Counted from the first letter of the stretch, positions 9,722-19,314 are shown. The stretch is DNA of 64,000 nucleotides from Nostoc sp. NMS8 (GCF_017115045.1 NZ_JABXKK010000105.1:30253-94252); one strand, 5' to 3'. Program-made: numbers and translations. Notes: generated from the sequence alone by a model not told the origin.

Positions 9722-9845
9722 TAAGTAAGTCGGCACAATAAAACCAAACTGTGTAAAGAGAAGTAAACAAGGCTCAAACTCTCTTTCCTCCTGCTCCCTG
9801 CTCCCTACCTTATCCCAACGATAATTATTTACGCCGACCTACTTA
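9722..9845. repeat. Small element bounded by inverted repeats (MITE-like)
   Basis: taagtaagtcggc (9722-9734) versus gccgacctactta (9833-9845), matching at 12 of 13 positions as an inverted repeat. The interior carries cctgctccctgctccct. Confidence 0.55.
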
Positions 9846-9870
9846 ACTCTTGTGTTCATGCCCTAGCCAT

Positions 9871-9903
9871 CATTCTGAATTCTGACTCCTGACTCCTGAA
9901 TTC
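9871..9903. repeat. STRR heptamer array, inverted relative to 9621-9653
   Basis: cattctgaattctgactcctgactcctgaattc. Confidence 0.8.
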
Positions 9904-10002
9904 TTTCTATAAAAAGCCCCCTAATAACCATCAAAAATTTCAGTAAAACTTTAGATTTGAGGTTTTAGATGGAAAATTTAAATCTAAAATCCAAAATCCA
10001 GA

Positions 10003-12906
10003 ATGTTTGAACCTTGGGGTGTCTTAGTTATTGTAATTATCTGCCCCCTCTTGGGCGGATTACCCCTGATTGAATGGATTACTTACGCCCTCAAGCGGAA
10101 GCGATTATCACAAGTTGGTACAAGAAATATTAGTGTATCGGCTGCATTTTATCATGGTGGTAAATTTGTCGGCATTTTGGCAGTCTTGTCAGAAGCTTTT
10201 AAAGGAGTTGCGGCAGTTTTACTCACCCGCGCTTTCTTTCCTGATGGATCGTCTTGGGAATTGGTTGCCCTGATTGCTCTAGTAATTGGTAGATACTGGA
10301 TTGGTAGAGGGGCAGGTACGACAAATGTTGTCTGGGGATTTGTCGTACACGATCCACTAGTGGCAATGTTTGTGTCTTTCTTTGCAGGTATTAGTTTTAC
10401 AATTCTGCAATCAAGAAAGGTAGTCAAATTCGGAGTTTTGCTTCTTTTCCCTCTGTTTGTGGCAATTCTGCACTTTAACGATATTCCCAGAATACTTGTT
10501 GCTGTTGCCTTAGCGGGTTTAATGGGCTGGATTTATCGCAAAATTCCTGATGATATGAACCTGCCAGCCCAAGAGGCACAAACAGAATCGCAAGCAATGT
10601 TGGAATTTTTACGCGGCGACCGCACAACGGTTTCTTTAGACGAAGAGTTGGATGCTGCCATTGTCGGAGAAAAGGCGGCGACGTTATCGCAAATCAAGCG
10701 CTGGGGCTATCCAGTACCGAAAGGGTGGGTACTCGCGCCAATCGATAATCCCGAACTGTTGACATTTCTCCAGCCATCAGAATTATCTCCCTTAGTAGTG
10801 CGTTCCTCTGCGATTGGAGAAGATTCTGAACGCGCTTCTGCTGCTGGACAATATCAAACAGTTTTAAATGTTATCAGTGTAGAGGGATTGCAACAAGCGA
10901 TCGCTCAAGTCCAAGCTTCCTACAATCATCCCTCTGCTATCCAATATCGGCGCGATCGCGGCTCAAATGATACAGCAATGGCTGTGTTGATTCAACAACA
11001 AGTCCAGAGTGTCTTTTCTGGTGTTGCTTTCAGCCGCGATCCCATTACCCAGCAAGGTGATGCAATTATCATTGAAGCCCTTCCAGGCAGCGCGACGCAA
11101 GTTGTTTCGGGAAAAGTCACACCAGAACAATATCGCGCTTTTGTTATTGAAACAGAAAATTCTTACTCTGTACAATTAGAGGGTCAAGGACGAGTCCCAC
11201 AAGCATTAATCAAACAAGTTGCATACTTAGCCTACCGACTGGAAAAACGTTATCATGGCACTCCCCAAGATATTGAGTGGAGTTATGATGGTCAAACGCT
11301 TTGGGTATTGCAATCTCGACCAATCACTACTCTGCTGCCCATCTGGACACGCAAAATCGCCGCCGAAGTGATTCCTGGAGTCATTCACCCCTTAACATGG
11401 TCGATTAATCGTCCCTTAACTTGTGGAGTTTGGGGAGAATTTTTTACTTTAGTTTTGGGCGATGCCTTCGGCAACGGCAAAGCCGAACGCGCCTTGGGGT
11501 TAGATTTCACCGAGACAGCAAGTCTGCATTACTCCAGAGCCTATTTTAATGCCTCCCTCTTAGGAGATATTTTTCTCCGTATGGGATTGCCACCGGAAAG
11601 TCTGGAATTTTTAACCAGAGGAGCTAAATTAAGTAAACCATCCTTGCAGTCAACCTGGAAAAATTTGCCAGGACTAGGGAAGTTACTGAAGCGGGAATTA
11701 AGTTTAGAAAAGGACTTCAAGGAGGATTATTATAAACTGTTTATTCCTGGATTGTCGCAGCTGGCACAGGAAAACGTCGATAATTTGGATGGTTCCAAGC
11801 TGTTAGCAAGAATTGACTTTATTCTGGAGTTGCTGCACCGAGGAACATATTACAGCATTTTAGCTCCCTTGAGTGCTGCTCTGAGACAGGCGATTTTCCG
11901 GGTGAAAGATAGCCAAATGGATTATAGCGTCACACCAGAGATTGCAGCATTAAGAACACTCAGTGCGATCGCAACCGATGCCAAGCAGATATTGCCTGAG
12001 TTTGAGCCACAGCAGGTATTTGAGCAATTGAAGCAAACCCCAGAGGGTGAAAAAATCCTCCAAGAATTTAACGAATTACTTCAGGATTACGGTTACCTAA
12101 GTGAAGTTGGAACCGATATCTCCGTTCCTACTTGGCGGGAGAATCCCCAGATGATTCAGCAGATGTTTGTGCAGTTAATGCAGGGGAACGAACCACAAGC
12201 AGGCGCTAAAGATGCAATTAATAGTATCTTTGCCAGTAAGCGCAAACGTGGATTTGTCCAGCGGCGTGTAGATATTAAAGGACGAGTCACCGAAGTTTAT
12301 TCGCGGCTTTTAGCTGAATTGCGTTGGAGTTTTCTGGCTTTAGAGAAAATTTGGTTAGAGTCTGGTTTACTCAGAAAAACAGGCGATATCTTTTTTCTAG
12401 AGTTTGATGAAGTGCGGCGTTTAGTTTTAGGTGAAGATTCCAACTTAGATGAGTTAGTGGAATTTAGGCGATCGCAATTTCTGCAAGATAGTGAGATTAT
12501 TCAAGTACCTCTTTTAGTCTACGGCAATACACCTCCTCACCCCTTAGCGCCCTCTGAGGTTTACTCTGACCAAATTTTACAAGGTATTGGAGCCAGTCAT
12601 GGGCAAGCTGAAGGGAGAGTAAAGGTGTTGCGAAATTTACAAGACGTGCCGGAGATTAATCGGGATACAATTCTAGTAGTACCTTACACAGATTCCGGCT
12701 GGGCACCATTGTTATTAAGGGCTGGCGGATTAATTGCCGAAGCTGGTGGAAGACTTTCTCATGGTGCGATCGTTGCTCGTGAGTATGGAATTCCCGCAGT
12801 GATGGATGTTCACGGTGCTACATGGCTTCTGCAAGATGGGCAACGAGTCAGGATTGATGGGTCTAGGGGTATTGTGGAATTATCTAATGATTTAAGACCC
12901 GAATGA
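10003..12906 (+). CDS. Fusion protein: PlsY-like polytopic membrane domain, ATP-grasp (PPDK_N-type) domain, helical middle domain, and C-terminal swivelling phosphohistidine (PEP-utilizer mobile) domain
   Basis: The N-terminus GGLPLIEWITYALKRKRLSQVGTRNISVSAAFYHGG...SEAFKG resembles PlsY motifs 1 and 2 but is degenerate. VVRSSAIGEDSERASAAGQYQTV and DIEWSYDGQTLWVLQSRPIT are PPDK_N-type. The C-terminal GGRLSHGAIVAREYGIPAV is the phosphohistidine loop. No PEP/pyruvate TIM-barrel segment is recognisable. Confidence 0.8.
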   Translation: MFEPWGVLVIVIICPLLGGLPLIEWITYALKRKRLSQVGTRNISVSAAFYHGGKFVGILAVLSEAFKGVAAVLLTRAFFPDGSSWELVALIALVIGRYWIGRGAGTTNVVWGFVVHDPLVAMFVSFFAGISFTILQSRKVVKFGVLLLFPLFVAILHFNDIPRILVAVALAGLMGWIYRKIPDDMNLPAQEAQTESQAMLEFLRGDRTTVSLDEELDAAIVGEKAATLSQIKRWGYPVPKGWVLAPIDNPELLTFLQPSELSPLVVRSSAIGEDSERASAAGQYQTVLNVISVEGLQQAIAQVQASYNHPSAIQYRRDRGSNDTAMAVLIQQQVQSVFSGVAFSRDPITQQGDAIIIEALPGSATQVVSGKVTPEQYRAFVIETENSYSVQLEGQGRVPQALIKQVAYLAYRLEKRYHGTPQDIEWSYDGQTLWVLQSRPITTLLPIWTRKIAAEVIPGVIHPLTWSINRPLTCGVWGEFFTLVLGDAFGNGKAERALGLDFTETASLHYSRAYFNASLLGDIFLRMGLPPESLEFLTRGAKLSKPSLQSTWKNLPGLGKLLKRELSLEKDFKEDYYKLFIPGLSQLAQENVDNLDGSKLLARIDFILELLHRGTYYSILAPLSAALRQAIFRVKDSQMDYSVTPEIAALRTLSAIATDAKQILPEFEPQQVFEQLKQTPEGEKILQEFNELLQDYGYLSEVGTDISVPTWRENPQMIQQMFVQLMQGNEPQAGAKDAINSIFASKRKRGFVQRRVDIKGRVTEVYSRLLAELRWSFLALEKIWLESGLLRKTGDIFFLEFDEVRRLVLGEDSNLDELVEFRRSQFLQDSEIIQVPLLVYGNTPPHPLAPSEVYSDQILQGIGASHGQAEGRVKVLRNLQDVPEINRDTILVVPYTDSGWAPLLLRAGGLIAEAGGRLSHGAIVAREYGIPAVMDVHGATWLLQDGQRVRIDGSRGIVELSNDLRPE

Positions 12907-13250
12907 TTACCACTTCCCTCCAAGATTTGCCTGAAGAGTCTGTTTCTCACAATGCCGCAATCAAGAAAAAGGTGATGCTACGCTTCGGCGATTTACCTCA
13001 CCTCACAAACTTTTCTCAAGCACGTTTTGCTCCTGGACAAACCGCACCAGCACACGCGCACCAAGATATGTGTGAAGTATTCTTTGTGGAAGCCGGTTCG
13101 GGAGTAATTCACATTGATGCTAAAGAATACCCCCTGCTTCCGGGAAACTGCGTAGCGATAGAACCAGGAGAAGTACACGAAGTTGTCAATAGTGGCTCAA
13201 CTGAGCTTGTTTTGACATACTTTGGTTTGCGAGTCGAAAAATCAAGCTAA
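12903..13250 (+). CDS. Cupin-domain protein
   Basis: Cupin motifs PAHAHQDMCEVFFVEAGSG and GNCVAIEPGEVHEVVN. The ATG overlaps the upstream stop codon (ATGA, 4-nt overlap). Confidence 0.8.
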   Translation: MITTSLQDLPEESVSHNAAIKKKVMLRFGDLPHLTNFSQARFAPGQTAPAHAHQDMCEVFFVEAGSGVIHIDAKEYPLLPGNCVAIEPGEVHEVVNSGSTELVLTYFGLRVEKSS

Positions 13251-13383
13251 TCATCAAGTAACTTGGTTTAAGGTACTTTCAGAAAATAAATTATCCAATT
13301 TGCTCAGATAATATTTTTCTTTCTCCCCCTGCTCCCTGCTCCCTGCCTACACAGCGATAGGATATTTTTTTAGTTAGAAGTCC

Positions 13384-13740
13384 CTAATATACCAAAGGTG
13401 TTGCACCGCGCATTTGACGTAAAGAATTTATACAAGCAGCACAGTCGCAACCAAATAAGTTGATTGCCATATCGCTTTCTTGGTCATTGAATTGTAGCAT
13501 CGGAGCATCTTCTTGAGAAAACTCTATTTCTGGCTGATATTTAGGAATTTGAGCCAATACAGAAGCCCTGGCACACACTAAACCAACTTTATGTTTATTG
13601 CGTATACAAGATAAACGGTCTGTGGTTTTGGCTTCTGATTGTGGCTCCATAGCTTGTGCTGGATTGAGCATCACTCCCATAGAGAGAATAGAGCTAATCA
13701 GTACAGGAGAAGAAAGCAAACTCAAGATGAATTTGTTCAT
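13384..13740 (-). CDS. Secreted hypothetical protein with a C-terminal GCDCAACINSLRQMRG cysteine motif
   Basis: Signal-peptide-like N-terminus MNKFILSLLSSPVLISSILSMGVMLNPAQA. 118 aa. Confidence 0.6.
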   Translation of the reverse strand: MNKFILSLLSSPVLISSILSMGVMLNPAQAMEPQSEAKTTDRLSCIRNKHKVGLVCARASVLAQIPKYQPEIEFSQEDAPMLQFNDQESDMAINLFGCDCAACINSLRQMRGATPLVY

Positions 13741-14293
13741 TAGTTTCTTTAGAAAATAGTTGCGAGCGCTCAGACTATTCGATTAAATCCTACGCGTCAG
13801 TAAACATCAAGGGAGTAGTAAACATACATTTCTGAAGGAGCTTTAATGCGTAAATACACGTATTAAACTAAATGATAATTACCTTATATGAGCGAAATAT
13901 TACTGTGATTTTGAAGGTATATATATTATATTGATGGCTCATTTCAGAAAATATACGGTAACAATAACCGAAGCGATCGCGGTACTTTAAGTTCAATAAA
14001 TCTTATATTATCGGGTTAAAAAACTCAGAACGTATGACAGGTAAAGGATGTAGAAGCCCCAGCCGCTAATCGAGTCTAGCCTATGGCTACTACGGGAAAA
14101 CTCTGACGGACAGCTTTTAGGTATTATCTCGTTCCCAGTCTCCGATTAAGAATGCATTCTCTATTCCCTTTCATCCCAATGACAGGATGCTTAACCCACA
14201 AGAGGTCTAATTTATTTCTTGTCAGTCCTTTAGGCTAAAAACCTCTTGCTTCGCACTTCAGGCTTTGGTGAAGACTTGTGCAATGTATAGGTT

Positions 14294-16252
14294 TTGATGA
14301 TGGAATTTTTAAGTAATTTTTTCTCTACTAGCCACTTTATTCCCCACGGTCATTGCTACCTCTGGAAACCAGAATTAATATGGCTGCACCTGGTTTCGGA
14401 TGTGTTAACTGGACTTGCTTATTATTCAATTCCATTAATGTTGATCTATTTTGCCCGTAAACGGCGAGATATGCCTTTTGGATGGATATTCCTAATGTTT
14501 GGCATATTCATCGTTGCTTGTGGTACAACCCATTTAATGGATGTATGGACGCTTTGGTATCCTACTTATTGGCTATCAGGTTTACTCAAAGCTATCACCG
14601 CTTTTATCTCCGTATTGACGGCTATAGAACTTGTGCTATTAATGCCCCAGTTATTAGCTCTACCGAGTCCTGCCCAACTAGAGGCTGCAAATTGCCAACT
14701 AGCAAAAGAAATTGCTGAACGTATACGCACTGAAGAGGTATTGAGAGAAAGTCAACAACGCTGGCAATTAGCTTTACGCGGCAATAATGATGGAATTTGG
14801 GACTGGAATGTTAAAACCAATGAAGTTTTTTTCTCACCTCGCTGGAAAGAAATGCTTGGTTACGAAGAACACGATATTTCTAACCATTTAGATGAATGGG
14901 TAACACGAGTGCATCCAGATGATGTTGAATGGGTGACACAAGCAGTTCAAGAGCATTTTGCTCAAAAAAAGTCATTTTATGTTGCCGAGTATCGAATCAA
15001 ATGTAAAAACAACGCTTATAAATGGATTTTAGATCGGGGACAAGCGCTGTGGGATGAAGATGGTAACGTACTACGGATGACAGGTACACAAAAAGATATC
15101 ACTGAGCGGAAACAAGCAGAGGAGGCACTAAGCAGCCTGCTGGAGCAACTAGAAAGCAAGGTTGAGGAACGGACAGCAGAGTTAACTAGGATTAACGAAT
15201 CACTACAGGCAGAAATTACAGAGCGCCAGCGAATAGAACAAGCATTGCGAGAGAGCGAACAGCGATTTCGTGCTACATTCCATCAAGCTGCTGTTGGTAT
15301 CGCCCATGTAGCAATAGATGGAAGCTGGTTGTTAGTTAACCAGAAGCTTTGTAATATTCTCGGTTACACACCCGAAGAACTACAGTTGCTAACTTTCCAA
15401 GATATTACTCACTTTGACGATCTGAACACCGATCTAGAATATGTTGACCAGATTTTAGCAGATAACATTCAAACTTATTCCACTGAAAAGCGGTATTTCC
15501 GCAAAGATAATTCCATCATTTGGGTTAATGTCACTGTGTCTTTAATGCGTGAACTTTCTGGAGAGCCAAAGTATTTTATTTCTGTGATTAAAGACATTAG
15601 CGAACGGCTACAGTGGGAGCAGCAAATTCAAGCATCATTGTTAGAGAAAGAGGTGTTATTAAAAGAAATTTACCATCGTGTCAAAAATAATTTACAGGTT
15701 ATTTCCAGTTTACTAAACTTGCAATCTGCTCATATTAAAGACGAACACGATTTGGTAATATTCCGGCAAAGCCAGCAACGGATCGAATCAATGGCTCTAG
15801 TTCACGAAAAATTGTATCAATCTCAAGACCTAGCAAAGATTAATTTTGGTGAATATATTCGAGATTTGGTAACAAGTTTATTTGCTGCTTATGAAGTCAA
15901 TGAAGATGCGATCGCTCTCATAATAAATATCGACGATCGCGTATTTCTCGGCTTGGATACAGCAATTACTTGCAGCTTAATTATTCATGAGCTTGTATCC
16001 AACTCCTTAAAATATGCATTTCCCATAGGTAGAAATGGTACAATTTCTATCAACCTTAAAAAAGACCATAAAAATCAGGTTACACTTGTAGTTAGTGATG
16101 ATGGAATTGGTTTAGCATCAAACTTTAATTTCAAAAATCTAGCCTCTTTAGGTTGGTTGTTAGTAGATGCTTTAAGCAATCAAATCTCAGGAAATATCAA
16201 TATCCAAGGTGCTATGGGAGTGGAGTGTCATCTGACATTTACATTAATATAA
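14294..16252 (+). CDS. Sensor histidine kinase: ethylene-binding-domain-like membrane module, two PAS domains, HisKA_2-type kinase core
   Basis: The N-terminus [24 protein letters not shown]...[20 protein letters not shown] parallels ETR1 [24 protein letters not shown]...FGAFIVLCGATHLINLWTF. PAS motifs are present ([26 protein letters not shown]). The HisKA_2 H-box is [24 protein letters not shown]. The likely true start is ATG 14297. Confidence 0.85.
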   Translation: MMMEFLSNFFSTSHFIPHGHCYLWKPELIWLHLVSDVLTGLAYYSIPLMLIYFARKRRDMPFGWIFLMFGIFIVACGTTHLMDVWTLWYPTYWLSGLLKAITAFISVLTAIELVLLMPQLLALPSPAQLEAANCQLAKEIAERIRTEEVLRESQQRWQLALRGNNDGIWDWNVKTNEVFFSPRWKEMLGYEEHDISNHLDEWVTRVHPDDVEWVTQAVQEHFAQKKSFYVAEYRIKCKNNAYKWILDRGQALWDEDGNVLRMTGTQKDITERKQAEEALSSLLEQLESKVEERTAELTRINESLQAEITERQRIEQALRESEQRFRATFHQAAVGIAHVAIDGSWLLVNQKLCNILGYTPEELQLLTFQDITHFDDLNTDLEYVDQILADNIQTYSTEKRYFRKDNSIIWVNVTVSLMRELSGEPKYFISVIKDISERLQWEQQIQASLLEKEVLLKEIYHRVKNNLQVISSLLNLQSAHIKDEHDLVIFRQSQQRIESMALVHEKLYQSQDLAKINFGEYIRDLVTSLFAAYEVNEDAIALIINIDDRVFLGLDTAITCSLIIHELVSNSLKYAFPIGRNGTISINLKKDHKNQVTLVVSDDGIGLASNFNFKNLASLGWLLVDALSNQISGNINIQGAMGVECHLTFTLI

Positions 16253-16413
16253 AAAACTAAAATATGACAAACGGAAATATTCAAGTAGAAAGTGGCAATG
16301 GATGGACAATATTTACCCTCACCTTAACTGATTTATAGTACTCAAAAAATCCAAAATTGTTGGGTAAGGGTGGGGATATGAGATAATTAAAGCAAATTAT
16401 TAAATCCCGAAAA

Positions 16414-17583
16414 ATGTCATCAACAATATCTTCCACACCTCAAGGTTTTAGTGCATTTATTACTAATTTGGGAATCCGAGATACAACAGATGATTTTGTA
16501 TTTATTAAATCATCAGTTCCTTGTGTTGCTGATGGAGTCTTCACTCAAAGTCTTTTTGCTGGCCCAAGTGTTACTCTTAGCCGCGATAACTTAAAAGATT
16601 CACAAGCACAAGCAATTGTTGTTATATCTAAGAATGCAAATGTCGCTAATGGTGCTGCTGGCATCGCTGATGCTCAAGAAGTTCTACAATTAGTTGCAAC
16701 TGAAACTGGAATTGCTGCACATAATATTGCGATCGCTTCTACAGGTGTAATTGGCAGACGTTACCCAATTGAAAAAATCAGAACAGGTTTATTAGGATTG
16801 GGAAAAAAATTAACTGATGCTGATTTTCATGCCGCAGCCCGTGGTATTATGACCACCGATACAGTACCAAAACTAGTTACACGGCAAATAGGAAACGTCA
16901 AGCTGGTAGGAATTGCCAAAGGTGTCGGCATGATTGAGCCGAATATGGCTACCCTCCTAACTTTCTTTTTTACTGATGCGGCAATTTCTGCAAATAGCCT
17001 TCGTTCTATTTTTCGCTCTACTATAGATAAAACCTTTAACTGTCTGAGTGTAGACACTGACACTTCTACTAGTGACTCTGCCGTGATTCTAGCTAACGGT
17101 TTAGCTGGTGAAGTTTCAGAATCAGATTTTACCATTGCATTGCAAGAAGTTGCACAAGAACTAGTACTGAAAATTGCACGAGATGCAGAAGGTGCTACTA
17201 AAGTTATTGAGGTAACTGTCGATTCGGCGATTAACTATGCACAAGCTAAAAAAGTAGCTAAAGCAATTGTGAATTCACCATTAGTAAAAACCGCCGTCTA
17301 TGGAGCAGATCCGAATTGGGGAAGAGTTGCTATGGCTATAGGCAAATGTGAAGACGAACAGGAGATAAATCCAGAACTAGTGGTTATCAGTTTTGATAAT
17401 GTGAAAGTTTATCCTAATAGCTTAACTAATGAAAATCTGGAACAGTTGCGGCAAATTATGTCAAAAGATCAAGTAAAGATTCATGTTAGTCTCAATATTG
17501 GCGTTGGCGAAGCCTCTGCAACTGTATGGGGTTGCGATCTTTCAGAAGGCTATATAGAAATTAATGGCAAATATTCGACTTGA
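16414..17583 (+). CDS. argJ: ArgJ-family protein (ornithine acetyltransferase / N-acetylglutamate synthase fold), divergent paralogue
   Basis: Autoprocessing-site motif GMIEPNMATLLTFFFTDA (canonical PNMATML), plus SVDTDTSTSD, DPNWGRVAMAIG and a C-terminal WGCDLSEGYIEINGKYST. Confidence 0.7.
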   Translation: MSSTISSTPQGFSAFITNLGIRDTTDDFVFIKSSVPCVADGVFTQSLFAGPSVTLSRDNLKDSQAQAIVVISKNANVANGAAGIADAQEVLQLVATETGIAAHNIAIASTGVIGRRYPIEKIRTGLLGLGKKLTDADFHAAARGIMTTDTVPKLVTRQIGNVKLVGIAKGVGMIEPNMATLLTFFFTDAAISANSLRSIFRSTIDKTFNCLSVDTDTSTSDSAVILANGLAGEVSESDFTIALQEVAQELVLKIARDAEGATKVIEVTVDSAINYAQAKKVAKAIVNSPLVKTAVYGADPNWGRVAMAIGKCEDEQEINPELVVISFDNVKVYPNSLTNENLEQLRQIMSKDQVKIHVSLNIGVGEASATVWGCDLSEGYIEINGKYST

Positions 17584-17652
17584 TTAAGTCGGTAAGGAAT
17601 AAGAATTAAATAACATACAATTTATTCCACGTTCTTAAGTGTGAACAATTAA

Positions 17653-17714
17653 AGGTTTGTAGTAAAAGCTTTAACTCTTAAAATAGTACTCAAGAAAGCC
17701 TTTACTACAAACCT
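17653..17714. repeat. Long imperfect hairpin downstream of the ArgJ-like gene
   Basis: aggtttgtagtaaaagc (17653-17669) pairs with gcctttactacaaacct (17698-17714) at 16 of 17 positions, leaving a 28-nt loop. Confidence 0.5.
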
Positions 17715-17884
17715 AGCGAGCAGTAAAAAAACTTTGGCGTTAGCTAAACATCGGGTTTGGTGCTTTATTTTACGAGCAATTATACGGAGATTGATATTAG
17801 TCCTGATGAAGAGATGGATAAGTGGTGTCGGTACATCAATAGTTAAAAGTAAATTCTCACTCACCAATTACTCTATCAAAAAAG

Positions 17885-17914
17885 TTGACACAGGTAATCA
17901 ACATGTATTATAGT
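17885..17914 (+). promoter_or_regulatory. Candidate sigma-70-type promoter upstream of the AAA+ gene
   Basis: TTGACA (17885-17890), an 18-nt spacer, then TATAGT (17909-17914), in an AT-rich 516-bp intergenic region. Sequence match only. Confidence 0.3.
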
Positions 17915-18099
17915 GTAATACATAAAGAATGAGTTAAATTAAAAAGACTTCATAGCCAGTACAGTACGGTGGAAATAAAATTGTCATTTGTACGTAATTA
18001 CTTGAGATTGCATTGAAAAAGAATTCTGTTCGATAAAAAATTTTCCAAATATTCTACTTAACACAAAATAACTCGATTAACGCTGCATAACTAATAAAT

Positions 18100-19302
18100 A
18101 TGGATTTCGATTATTTTAGAAGCAATGAAGGTACTCCTACAAATAATACCAGGCAAAGCTTGCTAGCTTGTGGTTGGCGGCCATTTAACCGAGAATTAGA
18201 CTGGGGGTTTTTGTGGCAACTATTGCACAGTGACTCACGCGAATTAAGTCAAAAAAGTTTGAATTTAGTGAGTAATGTCACTGAGATTTTAGGAAGAAAT
18301 AATTATGCTTGGTGGGCTAATTTATTAAGTATTGTATCTGATAATACCCGCTACGAAGTTGAAAAGTTTTGGAATTACATCACGCCAGATCCCGAATCAC
18401 CAGATCATCGCTACAAAGATGTTTTGAGTACCGAAACACCCATTGTTCAATTTGTAAATCGTAGTAGTATTCCTATTGATTATGTTCTTAACCGACTACA
18501 AGAAATTACTGTACTGCGAGTTTTAGGTGTTTTGGGTAATCCCGACATTATTACTCAGTATTATTCAGAAAGAGATTTTTATTTACCTATAGATAAATTT
18601 GTAACCTGGGAACGCTTAGACGTTATCAATACTGTTTATGCTTATTGGTCTAAATATGATATTTGGTTGCAAATTGATCCCTACGATCGCGGGCGACGAC
18701 AATATACTTTAATGGCGAGAAATCTCGCACCACTCATTAACAAAGCGACTTACGACTTAGCGGTGATGCTGAGTGGATATCAAAGTCGTGTAGGCAAAGT
18801 TCATAGTCAATTTGCGATTCGGACATTTCCCGCAGATATCCAAAACTTTACTGATTCTGTACAGCAAGCGATTCTGAATCAAAACCAGTTAGCGGTTGTT
18901 GTGCATGGGGAGCCGGGTACTGGTAAAACAGTCTGGACACAGGCAGTAGCAAAAGAAATTCTTGTACCTTTGGGGTATGTAATTTTTATTCTAGATCATG
19001 ATGCGATCGCTAACTTTGTCCCACCGACTTACATAGAGCGTATTTGTATAGTAATTAACGAAGCTGATAATCTGGCGCAAAATCGTGCTTCGGAAGTAGC
19101 CCAATACAATAATAAAACCGAACACATTCTCAGTTTGCTAGACGGCACTTTATATCAGAGTGTAATTGATGATTCTGGTATTCAAATGCAGCAACGGTTA
19201 GTTATCTTGATGACTTGCAACACTACTGAACGATTAGATCCAGCTATGTTACGTAAGGGTAGGGTGGATTTGATATATGAGTTTACGCAACTATTTGTAT
19301 GA
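18100..19302 (+). CDS. Classical-clade AAA+ ATPase with an unassignable roughly 250-aa N-terminal domain
   Basis: Walker A VVVHGEPGTGKT, Walker B ICIVINEAD, second-region-of-homology-like CNTTERLDPAMLRKGRVD. Confidence 0.75.
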   Translation: MDFDYFRSNEGTPTNNTRQSLLACGWRPFNRELDWGFLWQLLHSDSRELSQKSLNLVSNVTEILGRNNYAWWANLLSIVSDNTRYEVEKFWNYITPDPESPDHRYKDVLSTETPIVQFVNRSSIPIDYVLNRLQEITVLRVLGVLGNPDIITQYYSERDFYLPIDKFVTWERLDVINTVYAYWSKYDIWLQIDPYDRGRRQYTLMARNLAPLINKATYDLAVMLSGYQSRVGKVHSQFAIRTFPADIQNFTDSVQQAILNQNQLAVVVHGEPGTGKTVWTQAVAKEILVPLGYVIFILDHDAIANFVPPTYIERICIVINEADNLAQNRASEVAQYNNKTEHILSLLDGTLYQSVIDDSGIQMQQRLVILMTCNTTERLDPAMLRKGRVDLIYEFTQLFV

Positions 19303-19314
19303 GAAGGCAGGAGG

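Noticed and set aside
17649-17867. 72-aa minus-strand ORF in the ArgJ/AAA+ intergenic region
   Set aside because: It is AT-rich and low-complexity (Leu/Ile/Lys/Asn) and spans the long hairpin at 17653-17714. There is no RBS and no motif.
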